From Massalongia carnosa (Eukaryota), in NCBI GenBank assembly GCA_965645245.1, contig OZ287087.1:992001-1056000 (forward strand): a stretch of DNA of 64,000 nt, given 5' to 3'. Of this stretch, positions 47,022-58,495 are shown one piece after another (position 1 is the first letter of the stretch; each line of letters starts with the position of its first letter). The translations under genes were made by a program, and so were the position numbers. The notes below the pieces were generated by a model. That model did no database searches, had not been told where the DNA came from, and was given only the letters and a program-made list of their open reading frames with translations.

Positions 47022-50000
47022 TATCAAAAGGTAGTATAGTAGAGAGAGGATAGAACGCTTGCTATAGTTCTATATAGTTGAAATATCTATATTTGTAGAC
47101 TATGTACGTTATGCTAGTATTAGACTAGCGATACGTCTAGCCATTAGCGTGCGCCATAATCGTACGGTAGAAGGTGAGTGCGGCTGAAATGAAGTAGCCT
47201 GATTTGTACATTCTAAAACTCCCACTCAGGCACTGAAATAGCACTCCCCACATGATAAAGAGAAATTCAATAACTCCTACATACTCCATTATAATATCAT
47301 GCTTTCCAGTGGATCACCTGCAGGTGAGTCAGTGTACTCTGCAGGCTAATGCTGCTGGCGATACACGAAAACACCCCCACAGGCTCAGCTGTGGATGACA
47401 CTTTTTTTTTCTTGGGTTAAGGTCGAATTTTTTTACGACAAAGGGCCTCTTGTTTACTCTAAGCCTAAAGCTTTTCGAAAGACAACAATTTTGTCCTTTG
47501 GCAGGGCCTTGGTTAGGCCGTCAGCTACCTGTTCTTCGGTAGGAACATAGCGAAATTCCACTGATTTGTCTTCGATCTTCTCTCATTGGTAGTACCATTG
47601 GATATCAATATGCTTTCACCGCGCGTGTGCCTGGGGATTATTGGCCAAAGCCATTGCTCCTTGATTGGCGCAGTGAATGATGATAGCATTTATGCGAAAG
47701 ATATAGGCAAGCAGGCAAGGGCTACAGAGGTGCTCTGGGTTTGGAGAGAGTGATTCCCAGGGACTTGAGTTGCTGAATATTGGTCGAGAAGACAAAACAG
47801 CCAGACGGCTTCCTTGGTGGCTTGAGTCTAACCCATGTACTCGGCTTCGCATGAAGATAGGGCTACGGTCGGTTGTCGTTTAGAAGACCAGCTAATAGCG
47901 CCACTACCCACATTAAACACGAAGCCAGAGGTAGACCTTCGGGTATGATGATCTCCGGCCCAATCCGCGTCAGTGTAACCATTTAGGGGTTTTAAGTGAC
48001 CTTTGTATGTTAACTGCAACGGTAGAGTGCCCTTGATATATCGAAAGATGCGTTTGGCTGCCTTCCAGTGCGTATCGGTCGGGTTCGAGGCATAGGAGCT
48101 GACTACCGATACGGCGTAGGCTAAGTCAGGCCTAGTGCCTAGCATAGCATACATGAGAGAGCCCATCGCTGATTGGTAGCGGAGGCGAGAGTCATCTGTG
48201 GCCTGATGGCCCTCTGGTGCAGCTTCTATTCGCCCATCCATCGGGGTAGCCACGGGGTTAGTGTCCCACATGCCATGATCGCGTAGTACTTTTTCCAGAT
48301 AGGCCTACTGACCAAGGCGAAGAATCCTATTAACCCGATCCCGAGTTATCGTCATGCCCAGGTAATAGTTGATAGGGCCTAAATCAACTATCGAGAACTC
48401 GTCGCTCAGCAGTTTCTTGACACGTTGTATCTCGGAAAAAGAAGAGCCAGTAATGATTAAATCATCGACGTAAATGGCTACGATAACCCCTTCTTTAACG
48501 AAAACGATAAGGTCGGCGTTGACTGGAACGAATTCATGAGACTTGAAAAAATTAGTGATCGTTTCATACCCGATTCTAGACGACTGTTTCAGGCCATAAA
48601 GAGCTTTCTTCAACTTGCAAACTCTCGTTGACCCGTCATCCGGACCGGTTAGTTGCTCCACGTAGATTTCCTCGTCCACCCATTTGTAAAAGAATGTTTT
48701 TTTTACGTCTATTTGGTGAGTTTCCCAATCATTGGCTGAAGCGATAGCGAAGATGGCTTTATAGCCCATTGGCTTCACTACTGAAGCAAAACTCTCATTG
48801 TAGTCAATGCCTTCACGTTGCTCAAAGCCTCTGACTACCCATCGAGCCTTGTAACGAAGAATATCGTTAGCCGGGCCTCGTTTGATTTTATAAACCCATT
48901 TGCCTCGCAGGGCTTTGCGGTCCGGGGGCAGGGAGGTGAGGATCCCGGAATCATTTTCGTTGATAGAGTCAATTTCTTCCTGCATTGCCCTTCGCCAATC
49001 CTTTTCCTCCCGACTATCTACGGCCTGTTTATAGGTTTTAGGCTCATATGGGTCCGGGTCATTAGCTCGAGCAAGATGAGCCAAGAGAGCTAGTTGGTCA
49101 GGCGAGGGGGAACGAAGTTTTGGATGCTTTGAGAGAATATCTGCCTGGGACCAAGGCTCAATAGCCAGTTGGTTTGCCAATGTCTCTTGTCCAGCGTTTG
49201 ATGGGAGAGGTCCAGTGGGAATTGATTCTATGGATTCATGAGTGTCGACTAAGTCCGTATGAGGGGAGTCCTTATGATTGGTAATTTTTTGCTTTCTTGT
49301 GGGCGGTCCTGACTGTCCAACATGTAGGGCTCTTTTAGTTTGAGAGAATGATAAGGAAGGAGGAGTTGGGGGTTTTTTATCTATCTACTGAACATTGGAA
49401 TAACGCATGACCGCGCCCCGTGGATTTATCATTCGATAGATGTGATTGCCTTCGTATCCTACTAAAGTACATTTGGTGGCTCGTTCCTGAAATATCTTCC
49501 ATCCTGTGGAGGGCTTGCGATTTTGCGCATAGCCAGTCTGTCCTATTATCCTTCGATGTCCTAGTTCTGGTGAGCTGCCGGTGTGAGACTTGTTAGGGGT
49601 GATGGAGAGTCCTACAGTTGGTCGTCGATTTCTTAGGTAGTTGGCAGTGAGAACCATTTCAGCCTAATATTTGATGTCGAGTATAGCGCCTTCTCGCATA
49701 GTGCTGGCTAACTTGTGAAGCGTTTGACCTAGGCGCTCGGCTGCCGCGTTCATTTGTGGATTTCCCGGTACGGTAGGTTTCCACTGAATGCTATGCTCGT
49801 TTCTGAAATTCTCGAAGTCTTTGGAGTCATACTCACCCTCACAGTCCGATCGCAAGCGTTTAATTCGTTTGTCCCAATATTTATTTTGCTTCTTGTAGTT
49901 TTTAAAGGCTTGAAGGACTCCATTTTTGACGCGCAGTAAGGTGACGTGGGACCGTTTATCGAAATCGCAAAGAAAGGTCACCATATATTTGGCGCCATTC

Positions 50001-52076
50001 AAGGCATCTGGGAAAGGTCCTTGGACATCGCTGTGAATTAAGTCCAGCGGTTGCCTGCCTGGTTGGATGGGGGCCTGGTGTGGTTCTACTTAGGACTGAG
50101 CGATGGCGCACGGAGGACAGGCGTCTTGGGGCGGGGGCTTGGTGAGGTCTATTCCTTTTAACATTCCAGCGAACTTGAGAATGTTCTGATTTCCAAGATG
50201 GCCTAAACGAGCGTGCCACATTTTTATCGCCTCGCTATTAATTGCAGCGAGAGCGAGGTTCCCGATTTTAATTAGCTCTGGTACAATCTTCAGGAGACAT
50301 CCATCTCGTTGTAATAGTCCTTGGGAGATGAGATATAGGCCTCCGTCCGGAACGTATAACACATCGAAAAGAGGGAACTCCCGAAGACCCTCGTTACCGG
50401 CACACCGCAACATGACGTTACCTATTCCATTGGGAATTAATACTCCTCCATACCTTGAATAGGAGGGCAATCTGATGTCTTGAATGAGGTAAAGATGGAG
50501 CGATTGTGGGTAATATGTTGGCTAGTTCCAGAGTCACAGATCCAGAGCTTAGATATTTTGGTTATATCCGCGGTGGCCATGAAGGCGCAGAAGGCCCCTT
50601 TGATTGAGTTATTTTTTCCGGTCGGCTTTTGGCTTTGACCTTGACTTTTGGAATTCCTACGACGCTTATTGGACTTACGCTATGAGTCTTGGTTAACGAG
50701 GTGTGGATATTTTTCACGAAACTCGCTCTCTACGTGATAGTCTTTTCGGCAGTTGTTGCAGAACTATGGTCTTGGTGATGATTCGAGAATGGGCTGTTCC
50801 GGATTGAGCTCCTGCTTGGGTTTGAGCGTTTGAAACAGCTGCTATTGCGATTACGGCCTTATCACTGGACTTGCTTGGGTTGATCACCGTGTTTTAGAAA
50901 TGCTGCATAGCCTGACTTAACATGTGCTTGAGTTTACCCATTTTATTGAAGGGATCATGATCCTGAGCATTCGAAATAGCTATTGTATTCGAAGCCTAAA
51001 TTGGTAACTAAGCGATAGATAAGCAAGTTTTCGTCCAGGCTTAGCTTGCTTGAGAAGGTGCAAAGCTTAGTGACCGTGGCGAGAAATTGGGTAACGTAGT
51101 CTGCAGGGCTGCTGCAATCCGATAGGATAAGGTTATCTTATTTTCTAAAGATGTTATTGAGGAATCCCGAACCGCGAGGCTTATAGTTTGACTCAAGCAG
51201 GTCCCAGGCGACGGAAACAGTAGTATGGTTTTCTTTATCGGTGTAGGCATTTCCTTCGCAAGCTAATCGAAGAGAAGTTCAGGCCTTATCTTGGCCCTTT
51301 TTCCATTTGTTGAAGCCATCATTGGGAGCGTTTGGGCGTGGTGCAGTTTCGGTGTTTTCACAATAGATCCAAAGATCTATATTTTTGAGGCAATCTCGCA
51401 TTGCTCGCTTCCATGCTGGATAAACCTCGTGGTCCACTAGCTTAGCAATGCTATCAATAGCGCTATAGGACCCCGATCCAGAGATTTCTTCACTCATGAT
51501 TGAAAGGGTAAATTGGAAGAGCTTGATAGATTGTCCTTGTTAACGGACTGGCTCGAACTAGTGTTTGGTTATACAGAAGTCCGACGGAGTGCTATTATAA
51601 TTGCTTGGTGACTTGGTTCTGGCTCTTAGATCGAAAGGATCACAGTCGCTGGGCGGTTCTAGGTCAGATTTCGATGTGGACTGACCGGGAGTGACTCAAG
51701 GCTCAGGGATGATGGTACAAAGCAATCCAATTTTGATTGATCTGAGTTATCCTCTAAGAGAAAAGCAACGATTTCCGCACTAGCCGCCTGTAATGTATGT
51801 TCTGAATCCCGTTCAAGCATTGTTGCCGGCCTATTATTTAGTTGAGACTCTGAGAGTAATTGGATCTCGGCAAGAGTGCCACGTAGGAATAGGGCAGTGA
51901 TTGCTATAATAGATCTAAATACAGAAGCAGATACAGGTGCAAAGATAGATTTGAGGCGTTCAGTTGTGCCTTTAGGGTTGATAAATCGAGAGCGTTTTTT
52001 ATAGCTCGAAGCCATAATCCTGCGGTAGAAGGTGAGTGCGGCTGAAATGAAGTAGCCTGATTTATACATTCTAACA
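47022..52076 (-). mobile_element. Ty1/copia LTR retrotransposon (Copia-2), degenerate; 5' LTR partly deleted
   Basis: Perfect TSD TATTC (47017-47021/52077-52081); left LTR 47022..47218, only ~66 bp of the right LTR (52011..52076); gag 51279..51497, WHARLGH, RLRSD, RT YKARWVVRGF/IYVDDLII, RH GYTDADWAGD. Confidence 0.92.
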
Positions 52077-52899
52077 TATTCAATAAACTTTGAACTTGTG
52101 TTTCGTAGCTAAATGAATTTTCTTCTAAAAACTTTGCGAACCTTTCCCAATCGGCTTTATTGCAATTGTATTTGTTTAATAATGCGGTTGCATATGTCGT
52201 CAAATTCTTAAAAGATGCGATTAATTCAAATCGAATGTCTTCATGATCTGAACCTGTGATAGCGTTTTCATCGATTGATCAATTTGTTATAGCATTTTCG
52301 ATTTTAGTATTCGCAAAGGTTAAATCAATAACAGATGAAGAACTTCCAGAATGGGCATAAAATGTACATAAATCAGGCGTATTAATTAAACTACACTTGT
52401 TTAATTTTAACTATTTGACTAGATTTTCAGATCGAATTGCATACTGAATTTTCGAATTCCACCAGTTATGATGTGCATTGAAATCTCCACATATTACGAA
52501 TTGATCATTGAATGTAGGTTGATATTTGACTAAAAGTCTGTCGATTGTATATGTTTCTGTATCTTTTTGACTTTTTTCATTGTAAAGGTAGATAATATGC
52601 ACTTTTCGAACTTCATCAATTGTAATCTAGATAATTTGCATATCGGTATCGTTAATAAGATCAGTTCTAGGCGTGCATTGTAATTTCGAATTACATTTTG
52701 TGACAAATATATAGCTTTATCTAGAGCGATAAGCCGCTATTTTCGGCATATTGCATGTGAATGACGGATGAGAAATAGTTTTTTGACCGCGTGTCCAAGT
52801 TTCCTGAAATAAACAATATCAATTTAATTTAATACTCCATATTCCAGAAATAGAATCATTGCATTCGTTGACTTTGCACAATTATGTTGACATTTTGTG

Positions 52900-54581
52900 T
52901 ATTTTCGATATTTGTCAACGAACGCTGTCATGCCATTACAAAGCGGATAACTCGTCAGACGATTTTCGAACGTTTAACGATGCAATCATTTCACATCGTT
53001 CATTATTTGACTGATGATTTTGATTGCAATTGACGCATTTGACAATGACATGTGCACACGCGATTTTGGATTTGCAAGTTGTGCATTCATGATTTTGAGT
53101 TCATGATTTTGTGCACAGATATTGCATTTCGCTTGATTTTTTCATTGATAATGCTTGTGTCCAAATTTTTGGCAAGTGATGCATTGCGTATTCGGACGAA
53201 CGGAGGTAAATATTTTCATGTCACAGTGTCTTCCCGTGATATTTTCACATTTCAACGCATTTAAAGCCATATTTCTATCATTGAACGTCAAAACAACGGA
53301 TGATTTGGTCTTGTTTTGACGATCAGGTGCTAGCTATCTTGGAATATCGCATAATTGCATATTCGAATTGAACTTTTGGATTTCATCCTGCAAATAATGC
53401 ATTTTTTCATCAAACGTTACAATATTTATGCTATGTGCGATTACTTTAAACCAAGTTTCATCTTTTCGAACTATTCGTGGGTCGAATAAATGCTCCCATA
53501 TTGTTTTATTATTCAAAAAATCATCAGCAGTGTTTTCAGGACTAGTAGTCAGGACGATATTTTGACCCGTTTTAGACTTTTCTACCGTGTTGACAACAAT
53601 AGTAAATTTCGCGACTTTAAAAAGCGAATTGATTTGATTTCGAAACAACAGTGAATCGATGTCGCCGATTTGAGCTTTCGGTTTAATTATTAATCGTCTT
53701 GATTTAATCGCGTTGAAATCTTCCGTATTATCGAATTTATTCGAGTTAGAATTGTTATTCGATTTTTTCTTTCGAGAAACTGTGGTCCAATTCTCGGAAT
53801 TAGCAGTTGCTCTTCCGAGCATTTGACTCCATGTTTTAGTTGACTCGTTAAGCTGCGGCCCCGGGACCCCAGCTGTTCCCCTCCGATTGGCTTGGTTGAC
53901 GTTTTTAGTCAAATTCGAATTTCCATTCGAATTTGCTTGCGTAGGTCGCACCGATTGTCCCGTTGTTTCTGGAACTTTGCTAGTTTGTTCCAGCACCCTA
54001 TTCAATTTCCAATCAATCATTTCCAGCGTTGCTTTAGGCTTGATTGATTTTATTGTCAGTAGAGAATTTATATTATCGATGACAATAGCCGTTTCGGGAT
54101 TCTGATTTAGTACGAATGACTGAAATAGTGCGTTTTTAGCCGTATTTAGTAGTCGAATTGATTTCGTTTGATTGATGACTTCTTGACTTTCAATCGAATA
54201 CTCGTCAAATGTTCGTCTTTTATTGCGTTCGATTGGCGGGCTTAGTCATATATTCGAATGTAATGACGGCATAGGTAAATTGGTAGTAAAATCACCAGAT
54301 TAAGCAATAAAGACTTTCGCTTTAGGGGTCGGTATAGAGGGTGAGGACGAAAATTCCCCTGACTAGTCTATAGCTTCTATAAACTCGTCGGATGGGGGTG
54401 AGCTCCCTATCATGGCTACTGAAGATGGCGCGGGGGAGTTGTTTTGGGGAAGACCCGGGGGGGTACTTGGGCGGGCCAGTAAATTTCTAGGTGGGGGGCC
54501 TTGGGGGGGTGGTCTCGCCAAAAATCGCCTAGTTCTAGGGAGTGCCGAGTGTGCTACCGGGTTGATTACCTTGTTGAACAT
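52900..54581 (-). pseudogene. LINE-A ORF1 (Pro-rich N-terminus, C-terminal Cys knuckles), disrupted
   Basis: ORFs 54363..54581 and 53334..54020 (TWSQM, WTTVSRKK); CITCQKFGH, CNICAQNH, CVNCNQNH at ~53000-53190, also present at ~17030-17210. Confidence 0.75.
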
Positions 54582-55107
54582 GCCTTTTCTATATCCCTTT
54601 TATCCCCACCAAATAGTTTATTCTGATATTCCCCAGACGTACTAATCAGAATAGATATTACAACGATTTACTGGTTAAATAACTCTTTCTTTCCTGTCCC
54701 TATTTAATTGACAATAACAAGTCAAATAAATCCTTATCGGTTTAAAGTAGACCGTTCCTCGCTTAGGCAGTAAGTCGGATTTAACCCTTTATTAGATACT
54801 ACGGTAGTTGAAAAAAATGAAAAGTTTGATCAAATAGGATAATTTTAGTCTTTTTTAATGAATATAAAATCAAGTACGATATAGAAAATAGGGACCTCCT
54901 ATTCTGATTAGCCTGAAACAGGGCCTTTGGTGTAACCCTATTGAGGACTTTTTCCCCTTACTTTCAGCGGGCCGTCCAATGTTGAGAAATAAATGTCTGA
55001 AAGTAGATTGTTGGTCTGCCCGTTCGATGATGAACAAGAAAATCCAAAATAACCTTATTCACAAAATATGCACTGAATATGCAAGAAAAATACTGCTTGC
55101 GCAGGTA

Positions 55108-56447
55108 CGAGGTTAGCGCGAAAAGTATTGACGGATTCTCGCTTATTTTGCATTTTTCCCCTTATCTTTTCCACATCATCATCGTAAATCACCCCTCCCA
55201 TCAGCCCAATTCTGAATGGGAAACTCCCACGCGTCAGCGAGTACTAGATCTATATCATGACAGTCATATGCCAGCTACTCAAATATTTAGAGCAACTAGT
55301 GTACCCACAACAACTGCGCGAAGATGGATCAAATCTGGAGAGCCTCGGCACGATGCACATCCTCGCTCTGGACGACCGGTCCAACTCAACCCTAGAGACG
55401 TGCAACATCTTGTGCGTGCAGTGACGAGTTCTAAATATGGTAGACAAGCATCCTAAATGAAGATAGCTAAAGATCTTGGAATTCAAGCTTCAATTTCGAC
55501 TATTCGAAAGGCGCTTCGAAAAGCAGGCTGTGTGGCCTATCCCAAGCCCCTGGATTCCTGGATCAATCGTCGCAAACGTCTCAAATCGGCACGAAAGCAT
55601 CTGTCATGGCAAGAAGAAGACTCGTCGCGTATTATTTTTACCGATGAGAGCACGTTTGAAATAGGACAGAGAGCTCGTCAGTTCGTTGCCCGAAGGTCAG
55701 GGGAAAAGTACTGTCCTAATTGTCTGAATAGCTTTCAGTACTCCGGTCGACAGTCAGTCAAGGTTTGGGGAGGCATATGTGGACAGCAGGCTAGCGAATT
55801 AGTGGAGTTTAAGAAGACTTTGAAGAAGATGAAGAGGGGGGAAAACAAAGAACTCTTGAAGGACTCGATCACTACCACTGATTATATCAACCAGATCTTG
55901 GAACCATGCCTTTTTCCTTTGTACGAAGCTCTCAAAGCACAAGGCCACCGTCCTAGCTTTATGCAAGATAATGCGAGCATTTACGATTCTAAAGAGGCTC
56001 GTTTATGGCTACGACAAAATCAGATAGAGGTCGTGACCTGGCCCCCTTCGAGTCCTGATCTCAATCCAATCGAGTACATGTAGAGGGGCTGCAAGCAGAA
56101 GATTAAACGATATTCTCGTTTATTCACGAATGCAAAAGAAATATTCATAGCAGGAACGAACGAATGGAACGGGTTGGTGGTGGAAAATAAGCATCTGAAA
56201 TGGATCATCACGATGCGAGATCATTGTCGCGCTGTGATTAAAAATCATGGTTTTTCCACCAAATATTGAGTGTAAAACATGCTTCAAATTTTCAGATCAA
56301 CTACTTCATACATATATCTGACTTCGATATCAATTGTAGAAATAATCTTGTTGAATTGAAGGTTTAGTATTTTTGATAGTGGAGGTGATTGAAAGATCGA
56401 TTTCGAATTTCTCGCTTAATCCGTCAATACTTTGCACCCGAACCTAG
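55108..56447 (+). mobile_element. Tc1/mariner (DD34E) DNA transposon, degenerate
   Basis: TA TSDs (55106-7/56448-9); ~30-bp imperfect TIRs sharing AAAGTATTGACGGATT; FTDES, QDNA, then 34 residues to SPDLNPIE. Confidence 0.92.
55181..56268 (+). pseudogene. Tc1-type transposase
   Basis: HTH region with SGRP, DD34E triad; stops at 55454-6 and 56081-3; start codon not evident. Confidence 0.88.
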
Positions 56448-57253
56448 TACCAGAAACCTTAAATATAGAAATGAACTTCAAAAATTTTGACGCGACGACA
56501 ACAGGTGTACAGTAACGCAACAGTGAGTGTTTTTTGTGGATAATTTCGGTGATAATAACTGAGGTCTATGCGACAATAAAATCGAAGAGATATCGAAAAT
56601 TGAGCGATTTTGATAGAATTGTAGATGTTTTTGGTATTTTATAAATTTTAGGGGGCGTTTTTGGAGGGAGTTGGATTGATGCGATGTCAGGGCATAGAAG
56701 GAATAAGGGCTAAGCTAACTAAGCGGGGCTTAGTTCTACGGCTAGGCTTAGTCATATGGAAAGCAGTTGGTCTGCGTTACGCGGCTGGTATCTACTGCCG
56801 AGAGTATAGTACGAGCGATCGAGATATACGAGGATGCTCGTACGATTAGTGAGCGGATGGTACGATACAGTCAGCACAGTGTCCACGATACAGTCAGCAC
56901 AGTGTCCACGATGCAGTCAGCAGAGTGTTTAGCCGGCTTATCCGGTAGGAGTAATGGGCGGTCAAGATAGTTACAGTATCAAGGGCCCAGAGGGTCAAGG
57001 GCTTCGGTCCGGGTATATAAGGAGGCTGCTCGAGGGAGATGCAATCTTCAACGATTAGTCTTCCGCTTTACCTACATACTTCTTTTAGTATATTAGTATA
57101 GCAAATCATTAGTGTCTTCACATTGTCACATATCCCTAGGCCTGGTGTCTGATAATCGCCAGGTCTGACTCTTACAATTCTAATCGTTCTATCCTTCAAG
57201 GAGTGACGATCCGTTGACACATTTATACACCTTCTATACACTATCGTCCCGCC

Positions 57254-58495
57254 ATGTCCGCGCAAGAAGTTGCCTCTGATACCATGATGCCGGAGGAGCG
57301 GATCGAAGAACTTTCGGATTCTGAGGGCCCTGGAAGAGGAGCCCTGACCCCAATGGAAAAAGTAGTCGAACCCATTCAACCCCTGACGTTAGACGAACAG
57401 ATAGCGCAAGCTGAGCGCAGGCGTAGCGAACTTAAGAAGGAAGTACGTCTGAGGAATTTGAAAGCCAGTATTGAGCAACTGCAAGAACAAACTCAAAAGC
57501 CTTCGAAACCTCCAAACCCTACCGGATCATCCAAGGAACCGGTAATGAGAGGAGCCATTAACCCTCGTTCTGACGACAATGTAGAGATGACGAGTAGCCA
57601 GTCAGTACCTGTTGTTGTTTACAGGAGACGCGCTGCTAGACCCGAGAAAGTCAGTCCCTATCATGGAAAAACGGTCAAGGAACATCTGGATTATGAGCGG
57701 AACTGCAGAGTGGCGTTTCGCGTGGCAAAAGAGGATTTCCCAGATGATGAATCCAAGATCGCTTTCGCAATGCAATCGCTGGAAGGGGAGCCTAAGGAAG
57801 CTTGGCATCGATATGAGGCAGACGGTGAAATGCACAATTATACCTTCGAAGAGTACTTGAAATTCTTGTTAAATATTGTCGAGGACCCAGTTAATCGAGG
57901 TCTGCATATGGCCCAATTATTTGCCGAAGCCAAGCAAGGAGAGAAGCAAACGGTAAGAGCTTTCGAGGCGCACTTGAGTAGCCTCGAGGACCAGTTGCCC
58001 TCCTATACCGAAGAACAAAGAGCGACTCATCTGTTTACTAAGTTGCGGCCGTCTATTAGAGCAGCTATAGGCAACTATCAGAATATTCCAAGGACTAGAG
58101 AAGCTCTGGTGACTCTGGCCAGTAGGCTGGAAAACAATCAGAAAAGAGAAAACGATGTCTTAACGACGTCGAAGCATGAGCGTCCAAATGTTTCTCACCC
58201 CCCTCGCACTAAATCACATAGAGATAAGAGGAACGAGGAGATAAAGGACACTGACAAACCAAAACCTACGAAAGACGGTAAAAGGGGTCAGAAAAGAAAG
58301 CATGCTGAGACAAAGGAAAGTACCGACGAGGTGACATGTTATCGCTGCGGAGAACAGGGTCACTACGCCAACAAGTGTCCCAACCCTCCTAAAGACGACA
58401 AGGAGCCGAAGCACGGTGTGAACGCCGTCGCAAAGTCGGGAAAAGCCAAACCTCCACGGAAAGCTCGCCAGCCGATGGAGGGAAACGATCAGTAG
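57254..58495 (+). CDS. gag: Gypsy-2 Gag (413 aa)
   Basis: Intact ORF; KQGEKQTVRAF capsid motif; CYRCGEQGHYANKC knuckle. Confidence 0.93.
   Translation: MSAQEVASDTMMPEERIEELSDSEGPGRGALTPMEKVVEPIQPLTLDEQIAQAERRRSELKKEVRLRNLKASIEQLQEQTQKPSKPPNPTGSSKEPVMRGAINPRSDDNVEMTSSQSVPVVVYRRRAARPEKVSPYHGKTVKEHLDYERNCRVAFRVAKEDFPDDESKIAFAMQSLEGEPKEAWHRYEADGEMHNYTFEEYLKFLLNIVEDPVNRGLHMAQLFAEAKQGEKQTVRAFEAHLSSLEDQLPSYTEEQRATHLFTKLRPSIRAAIGNYQNIPRTREALVTLASRLENNQKRENDVLTTSKHERPNVSHPPRTKSHRDKRNEEIKDTDKPKPTKDGKRGQKRKHAETKESTDEVTCYRCGEQGHYANKCPNPPKDDKEPKHGVNAVAKSGKAKPPRKARQPMEGNDQ

Larger units (their letters stand above)
39132..54600 (-). mobile_element. Essentially full-length degenerate LINE-A (39132..40500 + 45012..47021 + 52077..~54600)
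   Basis: A-rich tail at ~39132; Zn finger CTHRC..TPEHLLLNC; RNase H IWIFSDS, ILQWIPSH..ENEIAD; RT SFIDD; APE ICGDFNAHH; ORF1 upstream; segments rejoin at TSDs; 5' end not defined. Confidence 0.88.

Noticed and set aside
57231..57250. Similarity of the Gypsy-2 leader (CTTCTATACACTATCGTCC) to X's 23-bp unit
   Set aside because: Short, gapped, low-complexity match; likely chance.
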